The notes: generated by a model not told the origin, from the sequence alone. DNA of 64,000 bases from Promethearchaeota archaeon (GCA_030599585.1 JAUVNS010000003.1:64001-128000), one strand, 5' to 3'; positions 30,678 to 39,986 are shown, counted from the first letter of the stretch. Numbers and translations: made by a program.

Positions 30678-31523
30678 TCAAGGCAAAAATATATCTTTAA
30701 GCGAATTTATTACGATATTAGGAATCATTCCTATTTCTGCTTCTGGAGATCGATCTGTATCTCCCTGTAATACTTCAACATCAGATGTTTTTGTCACGCC
30801 CGTCAATACGAGAGCCGTATTAATATCTGCGCGATTACCTGCTAAAATATCTGTGTTTAAGCGATCTCCAAAAATGACAGAACGGCTAGGATTCGAATTT
30901 GTTTCCTTTAAAATCGATTGAATCCCTTCAGGGTTTGGTTTTCCAAAAACCTTAATGGGCTTTTGGCCAGTACAGGTTTCAACAGCGTTCACCATTACAC
31001 CTGCACCGGGTAGCAAACCTGCTGCCACAGGCAAGGAAGCATCTGCGTTAGTTGCGTAAAATTTAGCGTTTCCTTCTAAAATACACCGCTGAGCGAAAGC
31101 TAGCTTTGCGTAAGTAAGGGCTCTATCCAGACCAACTATCACGAAATCAACTTCCTCGTGATTCGATTCAGCATTAACGACCTCATGGCCACATCTTTTT
31201 AATTCTTCTTTTAACCCCATTTCTCCTATAACATAAATCGTAGCGTTCTGTTTTAATCTAGTTATTTCACTTGAAGCGATCGAAGCGCTCGTATAAAAAT
31301 CTAAAATTTTGCTTTCAATGTTAAATCCTTTAAGACGTTGGACGTACATCTGTCGAGTAATTGTGGAATTATTGGAATTATAGACAACTTTAATCCTAAG
31401 TTCTTTTAATGCCGTTATCACTTTATCGCTGTCAGGTATTAGCTTATCTCCTCTGTACACAACTCCATCTAAGTCAAAAATCGCTAACTCGATATCTTTA
31501 AGCTGTTCAATTAATTTTTTCAT
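30678..31523 (-). CDS. HAD-IIA (NagD-like) phosphatase
   Basis: FDLDGV, SNNS, ATNAD, FGKP, GDRLNTDI, VLTGVT. Confidence 0.93.
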   Translation of the reverse strand: MKKLIEQLKDIELAIFDLDGVVYRGDKLIPDSDKVITALKELRIKVVYNSNNSTITRQMYVQRLKGFNIESKILDFYTSASIASSEITRLKQNATIYVIGEMGLKEELKRCGHEVVNAESNHEEVDFVIVGLDRALTYAKLAFAQRCILEGNAKFYATNADASLPVAAGLLPGAGVMVNAVETCTGQKPIKVFGKPNPEGIQSILKETNSNPSRSVIFGDRLNTDILAGNRADINTALVLTGVTKTSDVEVLQGDTDRSPEAEIGMIPNIVINSLKDIFLP

Positions 31524-31567
31524 TATAAATTAGTAAAGCATTCTCTCCTAGGTTATGTGTAATAAGT

Positions 31568-32713
31568 TTAAAACCATCCAATTGGTAATCCTAATAGAAA
31601 AACGAGGAATTGTATACCTATCGGTATAAATATAGGATTCAATATGTTATCTGCGGTAACAGCTGGTAAATAGTCAGTTAAAAAGAAAATAAAAGCGCCC
31701 ATTAAAGCATATACCGGTCCTACAAACACAAAACCGATAATATAAGCGACTACAACGCCCGCAACAAATCCTTCTACCGATTTTACTTCTTCATTCCTAA
31801 GTATGACTTTGTGTTTGCCATATTTTTTTCCAATTATTGCGGCAGAAGCGTCAGATAAACACGCTATAAGAATTCCCGCAAAAAAAACGAAAATGTGAAT
31901 GATGCCAGCCATATATAACATATAGGAAAAGATAAAGCCTGTAATAATATAAATCTGTGGTCCTGCTGCGTTTTTTTCTTTGTTTCTCAACATAGATTTA
32001 GTTAAAAAATTAAAAATTGAATATTCAGGTCCCCAAACGATTCGAATTATGTCTGATACAATAGCAAACGCTAAAGCACCAATTAATGCAAACATAGTAA
32101 CTTCAACAACTGCTTGAAAATCTCCAAATCCAAAAGGATAATTAGATATATCACCCCATATAAAATTATATGATGGCTCCAACTGCTGAATCATGGTTAT
32201 GATGCCGTCATTTACCAAGGATGTCAGTGGGGGTAATGCTAGAAATCCAAAGAACGCAATAAGTAATAAAAAACCTGAAAGATGGAAACTTTTTCGAATT
32301 AACTCCATCTTAAAAGGGATATCGTCTTTATAGGGATTTTCTTGAGTCATCTTTCTTATATATCTTCTTAAGATCGAATCTTTTTTAACTTTAACTTCAC
32401 CACTATCTATTTCTCCCCTCATCCGCTTGATAGATTTCCTAATAATAGTTGTAAAGATAAGGTTCGCCACAAGAATCATAGCTATCCACCATATCATAAA
32501 TCCATTAAAAGGATAGGAAAAAAATCCAACTACAGAGTTGTAATATCCAAAAATTAAATAACACACACCACATAAAATTGAGGAAATTCCACCATAAGAG
32601 TTTTTGGCTCTATATCCTTTCACCCCAATATAATACATCAAACACATTAGAACAAAGAAAAATAGCGTAAAGGTTGTGTTGTATAAACTTTCTACAAAAA
32701 CCCAATGATCCAT
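31568..32713 (-). CDS. CTP-dependent polyprenol/diacylglycerol kinase family (dolichol/phytol kinase-like) membrane protein
   Basis: RKSFHLSG, LRNKE, LSDASAAIIGKKYG, KSVEG, DNILNP; many TM helices. Confidence 0.85.
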   Translation of the reverse strand: MDHWVFVESLYNTTFTLFFFVLMCLMYYIGVKGYRAKNSYGGISSILCGVCYLIFGYYNSVVGFFSYPFNGFMIWWIAMILVANLIFTTIIRKSIKRMRGEIDSGEVKVKKDSILRRYIRKMTQENPYKDDIPFKMELIRKSFHLSGFLLLIAFFGFLALPPLTSLVNDGIITMIQQLEPSYNFIWGDISNYPFGFGDFQAVVEVTMFALIGALAFAIVSDIIRIVWGPEYSIFNFLTKSMLRNKEKNAAGPQIYIITGFIFSYMLYMAGIIHIFVFFAGILIACLSDASAAIIGKKYGKHKVILRNEEVKSVEGFVAGVVVAYIIGFVFVGPVYALMGAFIFFLTDYLPAVTADNILNPIFIPIGIQFLVFLLGLPIGWF

Positions 32714-32793
32714 GATAGCAACGCAATTGGTTATTTTAATTATTTTTATAATTAATCATCAATTAATTATTCTTTTATTTATACATATAGCAT

Positions 32794-32848
32794 TAAAATT
32801 GAGGTAAATTTGAGGTAAATTTGAGGTAAATTTGAGTTAAACTTGAGT
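32794..32848. repeat. Intergenic 11-bp tandem repeat, 5 copies (consensus TAAATTTGAGG)
   Basis: TAAAATTGAGG TAAATTTGAGG TAAATTTGAGG TAAATTTGAGT TAAACTTGAGT. Confidence 0.9.
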
Positions 32849-33070
32849 TGAACCCAAGAAATGCCACACATTACCTTTATCTACATATTATAAACTTTAA
32901 TAAACCAATAATATACAAGATTTTTATATAGATAACGATTATTAACGAATAAAAAAAAAAATAAATAAATACTATTAATCTATTTAAATTATAAGCTAAA
33001 AATAATCTCAATAGTATTCTATTATATTATCTTTAGCTAATAAAAATCATTATATACAGAGAAGGAGAAA

Positions 33071-33445
33071 TTGTCTCAGATGGAATCAGTCGATACCTTA
33101 GATGATCTTTTGAAAAAATTACTAGGAGCAATTCCAGAAGTAAAATCTGCCGCTATTGTGTCTGCTGAAGGCCTTCCTATTGCCTCTGCGCTCCCACAAG
33201 GAGTTGATGAAACGAGAATCGCCGCGATGACTGCAGCCTTACTTTCATTATCTGAACGAGCAATTATCGAAATGGGCAAAGGAGACTTTGATCAGTTATA
33301 CATAAAGGGAAGCGAAGGTTATCTCCTAGTCATGCAAGCAGGTCCTAACGCTGTTTTAACCGTTTCTACAACTAAAGATGTTCGGCTTGGGTTAATCCTG
33401 TTAGATTGCAGGAGGACATGCGAAAAAATAGCTCAATTGATTTAA
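33071..33445 (+). CDS. Roadblock/LC7 (MglB-like) protein
   Basis: AAIVSAEGLPIAS, RIAAMTAALLSLSERA, LYIKGSEG, LGLILL; GGAG upstream of the TTG. Confidence 0.93.
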   Translation: MSQMESVDTLDDLLKKLLGAIPEVKSAAIVSAEGLPIASALPQGVDETRIAAMTAALLSLSERAIIEMGKGDFDQLYIKGSEGYLLVMQAGPNAVLTVSTTKDVRLGLILLDCRRTCEKIAQLI

Positions 33446-33574
33446 ATTATCTTCTATCTCTATGTAAACCTAATACCTTCAAAATTTAATATTTTAATTA
33501 GTTAAAACCACAAATTTTTAATTTTATGCTATATTTGGATTACTAATATTTACTCATTTTACTGGTGTATTAAA

Positions 33575-34180
33575 ATTTTCAAAATTTTTTCAATCTCAAC
33601 AAAAGTAGAAATACCTCCGTTTCTCTTCGATCAACCTAAGGCTACCAGCGCAAGAATTATTCTTAGTGAGGAATACGAGGGTATAATCACAAGAGATTAT
33701 GGATTTATTATTGCAATCGTTGACGTACTTGAAGTGGGCCAAGGAATCATCATTCCTGGAAACGCTAACACGTTCCACCAAGTTGAATTCTCCATTCTCG
33801 CATTTAGACCAAAGCTTGGTGAAGTGGTAGAGGGGGAAGTTGTAGAATTAGTTGATTTTGGAGCGTTTTGTCGCCTCGGACCATTAGATGGATTAGTTCA
33901 TGTTTCACAAATTTGCGACGATTATATATCGTATGAACAAGTAGGAAATCGATTTATAGGCAAAGAGACTGGAAAAATACTCGAAGTCAATAACGAAGTA
34001 AGAACTAAAGTGATCGCAGTTTCCCTAGGCACTGGACGTAGCGGTAAACTTGGTTTAACGATGAGGCAGAAATTTTTAGGAAAACTCGACTGGATCGAAG
34101 CTGATGTTGAAGAAGAATATGCCAGCATCGAGGCTAAAAAGTTAAAAGCCTCAGAAGAAGAGGAAGTCAGTGAGAAATAA
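33575..34180 (+). CDS. rpo7: RNA polymerase subunit Rpo7 (RpoE'), apparent ATT start
   Basis: The frame extends upstream of the ORF-track start (33734): FKIFSISTKVEIPPFLFDQPK...YEG...GFIIAIVDV. S1 domain FGAFCRLGPLDGLVHVSQI; GLTMRQ. Confidence 0.9.
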   Translation: MFKIFSISTKVEIPPFLFDQPKATSARIILSEEYEGIITRDYGFIIAIVDVLEVGQGIIIPGNANTFHQVEFSILAFRPKLGEVVEGEVVELVDFGAFCRLGPLDGLVHVSQICDDYISYEQVGNRFIGKETGKILEVNNEVRTKVIAVSLGTGRSGKLGLTMRQKFLGKLDWIEADVEEEYASIEAKKLKASEEEEVSEK

Positions 34181-34374
34181 TGAAAAAACTGGAAAAGGCT
34201 TGTAAAAATTGCCATCTGATAACTAAAAATCTGACAACTTGCCCAAAATGTAAAACACATAGCCTTAGTGAAGATTATACGGGTGAAGTTATAATAATTG
34301 ACCCAACTAACTCAGAAATGGCGAGTTATCTTAAAATCCATTTTCCTGGAAAATATGCTTTAAGAGTTCGCTAA
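34180..34374 (+). CDS. spt4: Transcription elongation factor Spt4 (RpoE'')
   Basis: ACKNC...CPKC, IIIDP, PGKYALRVR; overlaps the rpo7 stop (TAATG). Confidence 0.95.
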   Translation: MKKLEKACKNCHLITKNLTTCPKCKTHSLSEDYTGEVIIIDPTNSEMASYLKIHFPGKYALRVR

Positions 34375-35096
34375 GCTTGATTTTTTATGAATTATTTTTT
34401 ACTTATTAATTACATCATCATTCCTACGAATCTATCTACTACTTTTTGAATTCTTTTCTCAACATCAACCATTACGATTCCTTCAGGGATTGTTTTCCTT
34501 GAATCTGTGACGGGTGGTTGTCCGTAAAAGACTAAATTCTTCATATTATCGTTGAGATCGATGCTTACAACTAGCGGTAAGACGAGTAAATCTTCTTCTC
34601 CTACGATTACTTTCAATAAAGTCCTTTTATTGGATTTAACTATGGCATCTAAAAGTGTAAAGCTTTCCTTCTTTATCCCTCCCTCAGGGTTTTCAAATTC
34701 AATAATTTCTTCAAAAAAATCTTCGATCTCTATCTTAATATGGTTTCTTTGAGTTTTTTCGTCTACAATGCAGAGCGATATAAAGGGTTTTAAAAAATTA
34801 CTTGCGAGGAAATCTTGTGTTACTATATCACCTACTAAATATACTGATACTTCAAACCCTTTCTTTAGATATTCTTTAATAGCCTTTTCTACTTCAATAA
34901 TCGTTTCTTCTCGAGTTCCCGCATACAATTTGCCTAATGGTTGAGAGAACTTGTGTCTTTCATTCGGTGGAATCTTTAAATTATCATTCATTTTTTTTGC
35001 TCCAGTTTTATTCACTTTGTTTTTACATAGAGTTTTACCGTTATAATAAATAACAATACCCAAAATAATAAACTAATTATAAAAATCCAAGCCTAG
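34371..35096. repeat. Imperfect inverted repeats (34371-34394 and 35074-35096) bracketing the inverted dephospho-CoA kinase gene
   Basis: Left arm CTAAGCTTGATTTTTTATGAATTA; reverse complement of right arm CTAGGCTTGGATTTTTAT-AATTA; 20 of 24 positions match. Confidence 0.4.
34410..34991 (-). CDS. GTP-dependent dephospho-CoA kinase (DUF359/UPF0218)
   Basis: PLGKL, VGDIVT, IVDEKTQR, NPEG, GEEDLL, YGQP; likely ATG at 34991. Confidence 0.9.
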   Translation of the reverse strand: MNDNLKIPPNERHKFSQPLGKLYAGTREETIIEVEKAIKEYLKKGFEVSVYLVGDIVTQDFLASNFLKPFISLCIVDEKTQRNHIKIEIEDFFEEIIEFENPEGGIKKESFTLLDAIVKSNKRTLLKVIVGEEDLLVLPLVVSIDLNDNMKNLVFYGQPPVTDSRKTIPEGIVMVDVEKRIQKVVDRFVGMMM

Positions 35097-35332
35097 ATTC
35101 CAACTACTATATTTCCTAGGGTTAAAAAAATAATGAACATAAAAATTATTAGAATTATTTCGATGAGCATTAAAATTTATACTCTCGTCGCAGATCTTTT
35201 ATTTTCAGCCATTGTTTCCTAATAAAAAAGCAAAATTTTATTTTTTAATATTCTTTTATTTTTTTATAACTCAGAATTATCTTTAAATTAACTGATTAAC
35301 TGAGAATAACTGTTGTTGTTAGAAGACTCGAA

Positions 35333-35689
35333 ATGTCGTTTAATATTGAAATTTTAGAGGAAAAGAAAAACCCGGTAATCGATCGTAATGAAGTTAAATT
35401 TAGAATCGAACACCTAGATGCCAGCACACCTAATAGGTTAGATGTTAAAAAGAAAATTGCAGCGATGAAAAATGCCAATGAAAAATACACTATCATTCGA
35501 AAAATTCAAACAAAATTCGGTAGCACGGACGATATTGGTTTAGCAAACATTTATCAGGATTCTAAAGAGCTTCAATTCTACGAGCCTTTCCACATTCAAG
35601 TAAGGAATTTACCAAAAGATACCCGAGAAGAGATTTACAAGTTAAAGAAGAGGAAAGAACCATATAATCATCTATTTGAATACGATTAA
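35333..35689 (+). CDS. rps24e: 30S ribosomal protein S24e
   Basis: KKNPVIDRNEV, STPNRLDV, IQTKFG, ANIY. Confidence 0.93.
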   Translation: MSFNIEILEEKKNPVIDRNEVKFRIEHLDASTPNRLDVKKKIAAMKNANEKYTIIRKIQTKFGSTDDIGLANIYQDSKELQFYEPFHIQVRNLPKDTREEIYKLKKRKEPYNHLFEYD

Positions 35690-35715
35690 AATTACTTATA
35701 AAAAAATGAATTATT

Positions 35716-35937
35716 ATGACAGACGCATCAAAATATTATAAAATTGAAGAGGGTAAATTAGTAAGGACTCATCGTGTGTGCCCCAAGTGTGGACCATCGT
35801 ATTTTCTCGCTGACCATTACGATAGATCATCATGCGGGAATTGTGGATACACTGTTTTTAAAAGGAAAGGAAAAAAAGGAGCAGCTACCGTCGCTCGAAG
35901 TAGAAGGACGCCTCGAAAGCGTACTAAGTCAGTCTGA
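35716..35937 (+). CDS. rps27ae: 30S ribosomal protein S27ae
   Basis: YYKI, CPKCG..FLADH.DR..CGNCGYT; no ubiquitin fusion. Confidence 0.95.
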   Translation: MTDASKYYKIEEGKLVRTHRVCPKCGPSYFLADHYDRSSCGNCGYTVFKRKGKKGAATVARSRRTPRKRTKSV

Positions 35938-36024
35938 ATATAAGCAGCAGCAAATCTTCTTTCTATTTCATTGTTTCTTTTATTGCACTTTCTAACATAA
36001 CTATATGCATTTTAGGCGAAATTT

Positions 36025-37038
36025 ATGAATTTAAAGAACAATCTAACGCTTGGAATCGAATCCACGGCACACACTTGGAGTGTTGGAATTGTAGATTCCA
36101 GTGGAAAAGTTCTCAGTTTAGTGAACGATATGTTTATTCCTGAGAAGGGAGGAATTCATCCAATATTAGTAAAAGAGCAACATTTAAACAATTTTATGGG
36201 AATAATCATTAAAGCTTTAGACGACGCTTCGATTTCAATTAAAGATATTGATCTTATTGCTTTCAGTAATAGTCCTGGATTAGGACAAATTCTAAAAATC
36301 GGTGCTCATGTTGCGAGAATGTTTAGTCAACTTTTAGGAATACCGATAGTCGCTGTAAATCATTGTATCGCTCACATAGAAATCGGGCGTTTTTTATGCA
36401 AAATAGAGGACCCCCTCACATTATATGTGTCAGGGGGAAATACGATAGTTAGTGCTTATGAGTCTGGTCGTTATCAAATTTTTGGAGAAACGTTAGACAT
36501 CCCTATTGGTAATCTAATTGATTCGTTTGCTCGTGATGTTGGGATACCCCATCCTGGTGGTCCAAAAGTCGAAGCATTAGCTCGTGAGTCAGATAACTAC
36601 TTACACTTACCGTACGTAGTAAAAGGGATGGACCTATCCTTTTCTGGGCTCTATTCTGCAGCTAAAAGGTTAATTGAATCGAAGGACTATGAAAAAAAAT
36701 ATACCCTAAATGATGTAGCTAATTCGCTTCAAGAAACAGCGTTTGCAATGCTTACTGAAGTGACAGAAAGAGCTTTAGCCCATACTGGAAAAGAAGAAGT
36801 CTTGTTAACAGGTGGAGTGGCTGCTAATAAACGATTGCAAGAAATGGTTAAATACATCAGTAAAGAACATGGTGCAAGATTTGAGGTTGTGCCCTTAAAA
36901 TACGCAGGAGATAATGGAGCTATGATTGCGTGGACCGGTATTTTGAGGTATAAATCTATTGGAGGTAATAATATCTCCGAAACTAGAATAAATCCTAAAG
37001 AACGAATGGATCAAATAACAATCCCGTGGAGAGCTTAG
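36025..37038 (+). CDS. kae1: KEOPS subunit Kae1 (tRNA t6A synthase)
   Basis: GIESTAHT, VNHCIAHIE, LYVSGGNT, GGVAANKRL, DNGAMIA. Confidence 0.97.
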   Translation: MNLKNNLTLGIESTAHTWSVGIVDSSGKVLSLVNDMFIPEKGGIHPILVKEQHLNNFMGIIIKALDDASISIKDIDLIAFSNSPGLGQILKIGAHVARMFSQLLGIPIVAVNHCIAHIEIGRFLCKIEDPLTLYVSGGNTIVSAYESGRYQIFGETLDIPIGNLIDSFARDVGIPHPGGPKVEALARESDNYLHLPYVVKGMDLSFSGLYSAAKRLIESKDYEKKYTLNDVANSLQETAFAMLTEVTERALAHTGKEEVLLTGGVAANKRLQEMVKYISKEHGARFEVVPLKYAGDNGAMIAWTGILRYKSIGGNNISETRINPKERMDQITIPWRA

Positions 37039-37051
37039 GTGTTGTATTAAA

Positions 37052-37726
37052 TTGTCGAACGAGGTTATTGTTGAAAAATTAATTCACAAGGGAGCAGAAG
37101 CCAGTCTTTATTATGGTTCGTGGTTTGGAAAGGAAGTGATTTTTAAAAAACGAATTCCTAAAGGATATCGCATAGAACAAATCGATAAGGTTCTCCGCTA
37201 CAATCGAACTCTTAACGAAGCTAAAGCGCTAATCAGAGTCAAAAAGTACGGGGTGTTAGTTCCTCCGGTATACGAAATTGATACTAAAAACTCGACTATC
37301 GTAATGAAATATATAAAAGGCGAAAAATTAAAAGATATTTTATATTCGTTGACTACTCCAAAGAAAGTGCAATATTTAAAAGAAATAGGAAAAAACATAG
37401 CGTATTTGCATAAAAATGGTCACATTCATGGTGATATCACTACGAGTAACATAATCCTCACTCCCTCTCAAGAACTATTTATCATTGATTTCGGCTTACA
37501 CGACTACTCTGATTCAATTGAAGATAAAAGCACTGACTTACATCTATTTAAGAGAGTTTTGATTTCATCCCATGGAAGCGATTTTAATATCTGTTTTGAA
37601 GCTTTTCTTGAAGGATATCACGAAGGATATGGGAAAGAGAAAAATTATGAATGTAAAAGAATTCTAAAGAATATATCTGTAATTGAAACAAGAGGCCGAT
37701 ATGTTAAAAAAGAAGATAGATCATAA
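37052..37726 (+). CDS. bud32: KEOPS kinase Bud32
   Basis: KGAEA, KKRIPKGYR, HGDITTSN, IDFGL; TTG start after AGGTG. Confidence 0.95.
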   Translation: MSNEVIVEKLIHKGAEASLYYGSWFGKEVIFKKRIPKGYRIEQIDKVLRYNRTLNEAKALIRVKKYGVLVPPVYEIDTKNSTIVMKYIKGEKLKDILYSLTTPKKVQYLKEIGKNIAYLHKNGHIHGDITTSNIILTPSQELFIIDFGLHDYSDSIEDKSTDLHLFKRVLISSHGSDFNICFEAFLEGYHEGYGKEKNYECKRILKNISVIETRGRYVKKEDRS

Positions 37727-37978
37727 AAATAAAATTTTTTCAATCGACCTTAAATTGTTAACATTAAATGTTCATTTTAAAGATAAAGGCATCAAAATTA
37801 TTTACATCTGATATAGAGCCCTTTAAAAGCCTCTCAATTCAGAGAGATAATTTTATATACAAGTTTAACTTATATTTTATTATCAAAAAGTTGTATTTAG
37901 TTAAGGGTTAATAATATAAGATAACTTTTCTTACTTGTTATTACACTTTTCTGGACTTCATTTTGAAAACTAATAACT

Positions 37979-38194
37979 TTGGTGAGTTCAATTTTGCCGA
38001 ATCCTAAGAAAGAGAAAAAATCTGCTATGCAAAATATTACTATCAATATTCCTGACATATATGATACAAATATTCAAAAATTAATTAAAATGAAAATCGT
38101 TCCTTCTAGGTCTGAATGTATTCGTATGGCTTTACGTGAATTTTTTTCAAATGAATATGAAAAAATGCAAATTTTAGGATTTTTTGACGATTAA
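37979..38194 (+). CDS. Ribbon-helix-helix (CopG/Arc-like) transcriptional regulator
   Basis: NITINIP...IQKLI...PSRSECIRMALREF; alternative ATG at 38027. Confidence 0.85.
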   Translation: MVSSILPNPKKEKKSAMQNITINIPDIYDTNIQKLIKMKIVPSRSECIRMALREFFSNEYEKMQILGFFDD

Positions 38195-38216
38195 AAAAGA
38201 AACAGTGTAAAAAAAA

Positions 38217-38468
38217 TTATCTTCTTTTACGAATTTTTCGCGCTTCTCGTTCTACTTCACGTAAGGTCACGATATCGCTAACTTGTATCGGACCCTTTAC
38301 ATTTCTTGTAAGAATTCGATTTCGATCTGGACCTTCAAGAATCCTTACCTTAATTTGGCTGATCTCACCAGTTAATCCCGTTCTACCAACTATTTGAAGG
38401 ACTTCAGCGGGAATTGAATAATCTTGTGTTACTCTTCCTTTTGATCCTTTTGATCCTTTTTTATCCAT
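38217..38468 (-). CDS. rps28e: 30S ribosomal protein S28e
   Basis: [26 protein letters not shown]. Confidence 0.97.
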   Translation of the reverse strand: MDKKGSKGSKGRVTQDYSIPAEVLQIVGRTGLTGEISQIKVRILEGPDRNRILTRNVKGPIQVSDIVTLREVEREARKIRKRR

Positions 38469-38491
38469 TTTTGCTAAGATGCTTCACCAAA

Positions 38492-38863
38492 TTATTTTTT
38501 TAATGCTTCTAACTTCTTAATAATATCATCCAAAGCTTTATCGTTTCCAGTTCCTACATTCTCAATTGCGATGGCAGAAGAAGCAATATTAATACGGGCT
38601 GCATTTCCTAATTCTTTCTTCGTGGATACATAACCAAATGGAATTGATTTTTCTTCGCACAACAATGGAACATGAAATAAAATTTCTGGTGGACTAACAT
38701 CCTCTGCCATGATAACGAGTTTCGCAAGACTTCTTTCTATTGATTTCGTTACTTCATTCATCCCTTTCCTTATTTTGGCATCTCGCGTTCCAGAAATCGT
38801 GGATAAAGCGTCTTTAATGCCATTTTTTAACGCATCAGGGACTTTATATTTTATATAGCTCAT
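38492..38863 (-). CDS. rpl7ae: 50S ribosomal protein L7Ae (K-turn-binding protein)
   Basis: IRKGMNEVTKSIER, AEDVSPPEI, PLLCEEK. Confidence 0.97.
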   Translation of the reverse strand: MSYIKYKVPDALKNGIKDALSTISGTRDAKIRKGMNEVTKSIERSLAKLVIMAEDVSPPEILFHVPLLCEEKSIPFGYVSTKKELGNAARINIASSAIAIENVGTGNDKALDDIIKKLEALKK

Positions 38864-39007
38864 TTTTTTCTCTTTCCAATATACATTCTTAATATATTAT
38901 CATTAATCATCGATTTTGATGTTGTACGTAATAATGGATATAAAATAAAATTTTTGGTTTGGAATAACAGTAAAATTTTTTTAGAATACTTCTTTTAACT
39001 ACCTATA

Positions 39008-39208
39008 ATGATTATCCCAATTCGCTGTTTCTCATGTGGAAAATTGCTTGCCCATGTTTATAAGCCTTATTTAGAACTAATCGAAAAAGGCGAACCCGCA
39101 GATGATGCTTTTAAAAAGTTGGGTCTTGAAAGATTCTGTTGTCGTAGAATGATTATCTCACATGTAGACCTTATAGATGATCTTTTACGGTTCCCAAGAT
39201 TGCAGTAA
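39008..39208 (+). CDS. rpo10: RNA polymerase subunit Rpo10 (RpoN)
   Basis: MIIPIRCFSCGK...RFCCRRM..SHVD. Confidence 0.97.
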   Translation: MIIPIRCFSCGKLLAHVYKPYLELIEKGEPADDAFKKLGLERFCCRRMIISHVDLIDDLLRFPRLQ

Positions 39209-39259
39209 TCTAAAAAAGAAGAACAAAAGTTAGATTTAATAGCTTCAAAAAAAAATTCT

Positions 39260-39712
39260 CTATCCTTTTGTAGCCAATTTAATACCAAATTCTTTACATT
39301 TTGACAAGTCCTCTTCTACAATTGGACCCTTCATTCCACCAACTTTTATTGATAAGCCAGGAAGAGCTTTGGTCGAATTTGGTAAATTCTCACCGATTTG
39401 CTTTTCCATCTTCTTAACCGCTTTTTCAAAGTCTTTACTCATGTAGGTGTCAAAAGCAGCAAATGAACTGGCTTTTAAGCTAGAACTAGAAAGATTTTTT
39501 ATAAACTTTTTAATACTCTTTACATGGCTTCCCACATGGTTAGGAGAGCCGATTAATATTAAATCGTAAGTTTTATTCTCACTAAGTTCAAAATCTTTTA
39601 CATTCACAACCTCTGTTTCTGTGCCCTCAACTGAGTTAATTCCATCTGCTATTAAATCAGCAACCTGTTGGGTGTTCCCATGTTTTGTATCGAAAACAAT
39701 TAAAACTTTCAT
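39260..39712 (-). CDS. Flavodoxin
   Basis: DTKHGNT phosphate-binding loop, IGSP, AAFDT. Confidence 0.9.
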   Translation of the reverse strand: MKVLIVFDTKHGNTQQVADLIADGINSVEGTETEVVNVKDFELSENKTYDLILIGSPNHVGSHVKSIKKFIKNLSSSSLKASSFAAFDTYMSKDFEKAVKKMEKQIGENLPNSTKALPGLSIKVGGMKGPIVEEDLSKCKEFGIKLATKG

Positions 39713-39803
39713 TATATTACTTCCCTCTTACAAAATTGAATTATAATTTTATTTAAAGTTATAAATTAGAGGTATAACAAGTATTTAATTATATTTTTTT
39801 AAA

Positions 39804-39986
39804 TTATTCTTTCCCATAAAGCGCTGTCCATCGTACTTTACGAGGGTTACGTTTCTGAACGAGCGTAGATATTCTACATTTATGAGTGCAAAAGTTATAG
39901 ATTGTCCCATCTTTTTTGATATACATGTGTCCTTTGCCAATTGGAATATCATAACCACAAAAAGAGCATTTTTTTACTTTAACCAT
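39804..39986 (-). CDS. rpl24e: 50S ribosomal protein L24e
   Basis: CSFCG..I..GKG, FCTHKC, RNPRKVRWT. Confidence 0.97.
   Translation of the reverse strand: MVKVKKCSFCGYDIPIGKGHMYIKKDGTIYNFCTHKCRISTLVQKRNPRKVRWTALYGKE

Noticed and set aside
32794-32848. 11-bp repeat as a CRISPR array
   Set aside because: The units are contiguous with no spacers, are too short, and no cas genes are present.
35716-35937. Ubiquitin-S27a fusion
   Set aside because: The ORF starts directly with the S27ae domain, and there is no room upstream for a ubiquitin domain.
38899-38921. K-turn/K-loop in the rpl7ae leader (GATGATTAATGAT on the minus strand) for autoregulation
   Set aside because: Tandem GA elements are present, but no convincing canonical stem closes the motif.
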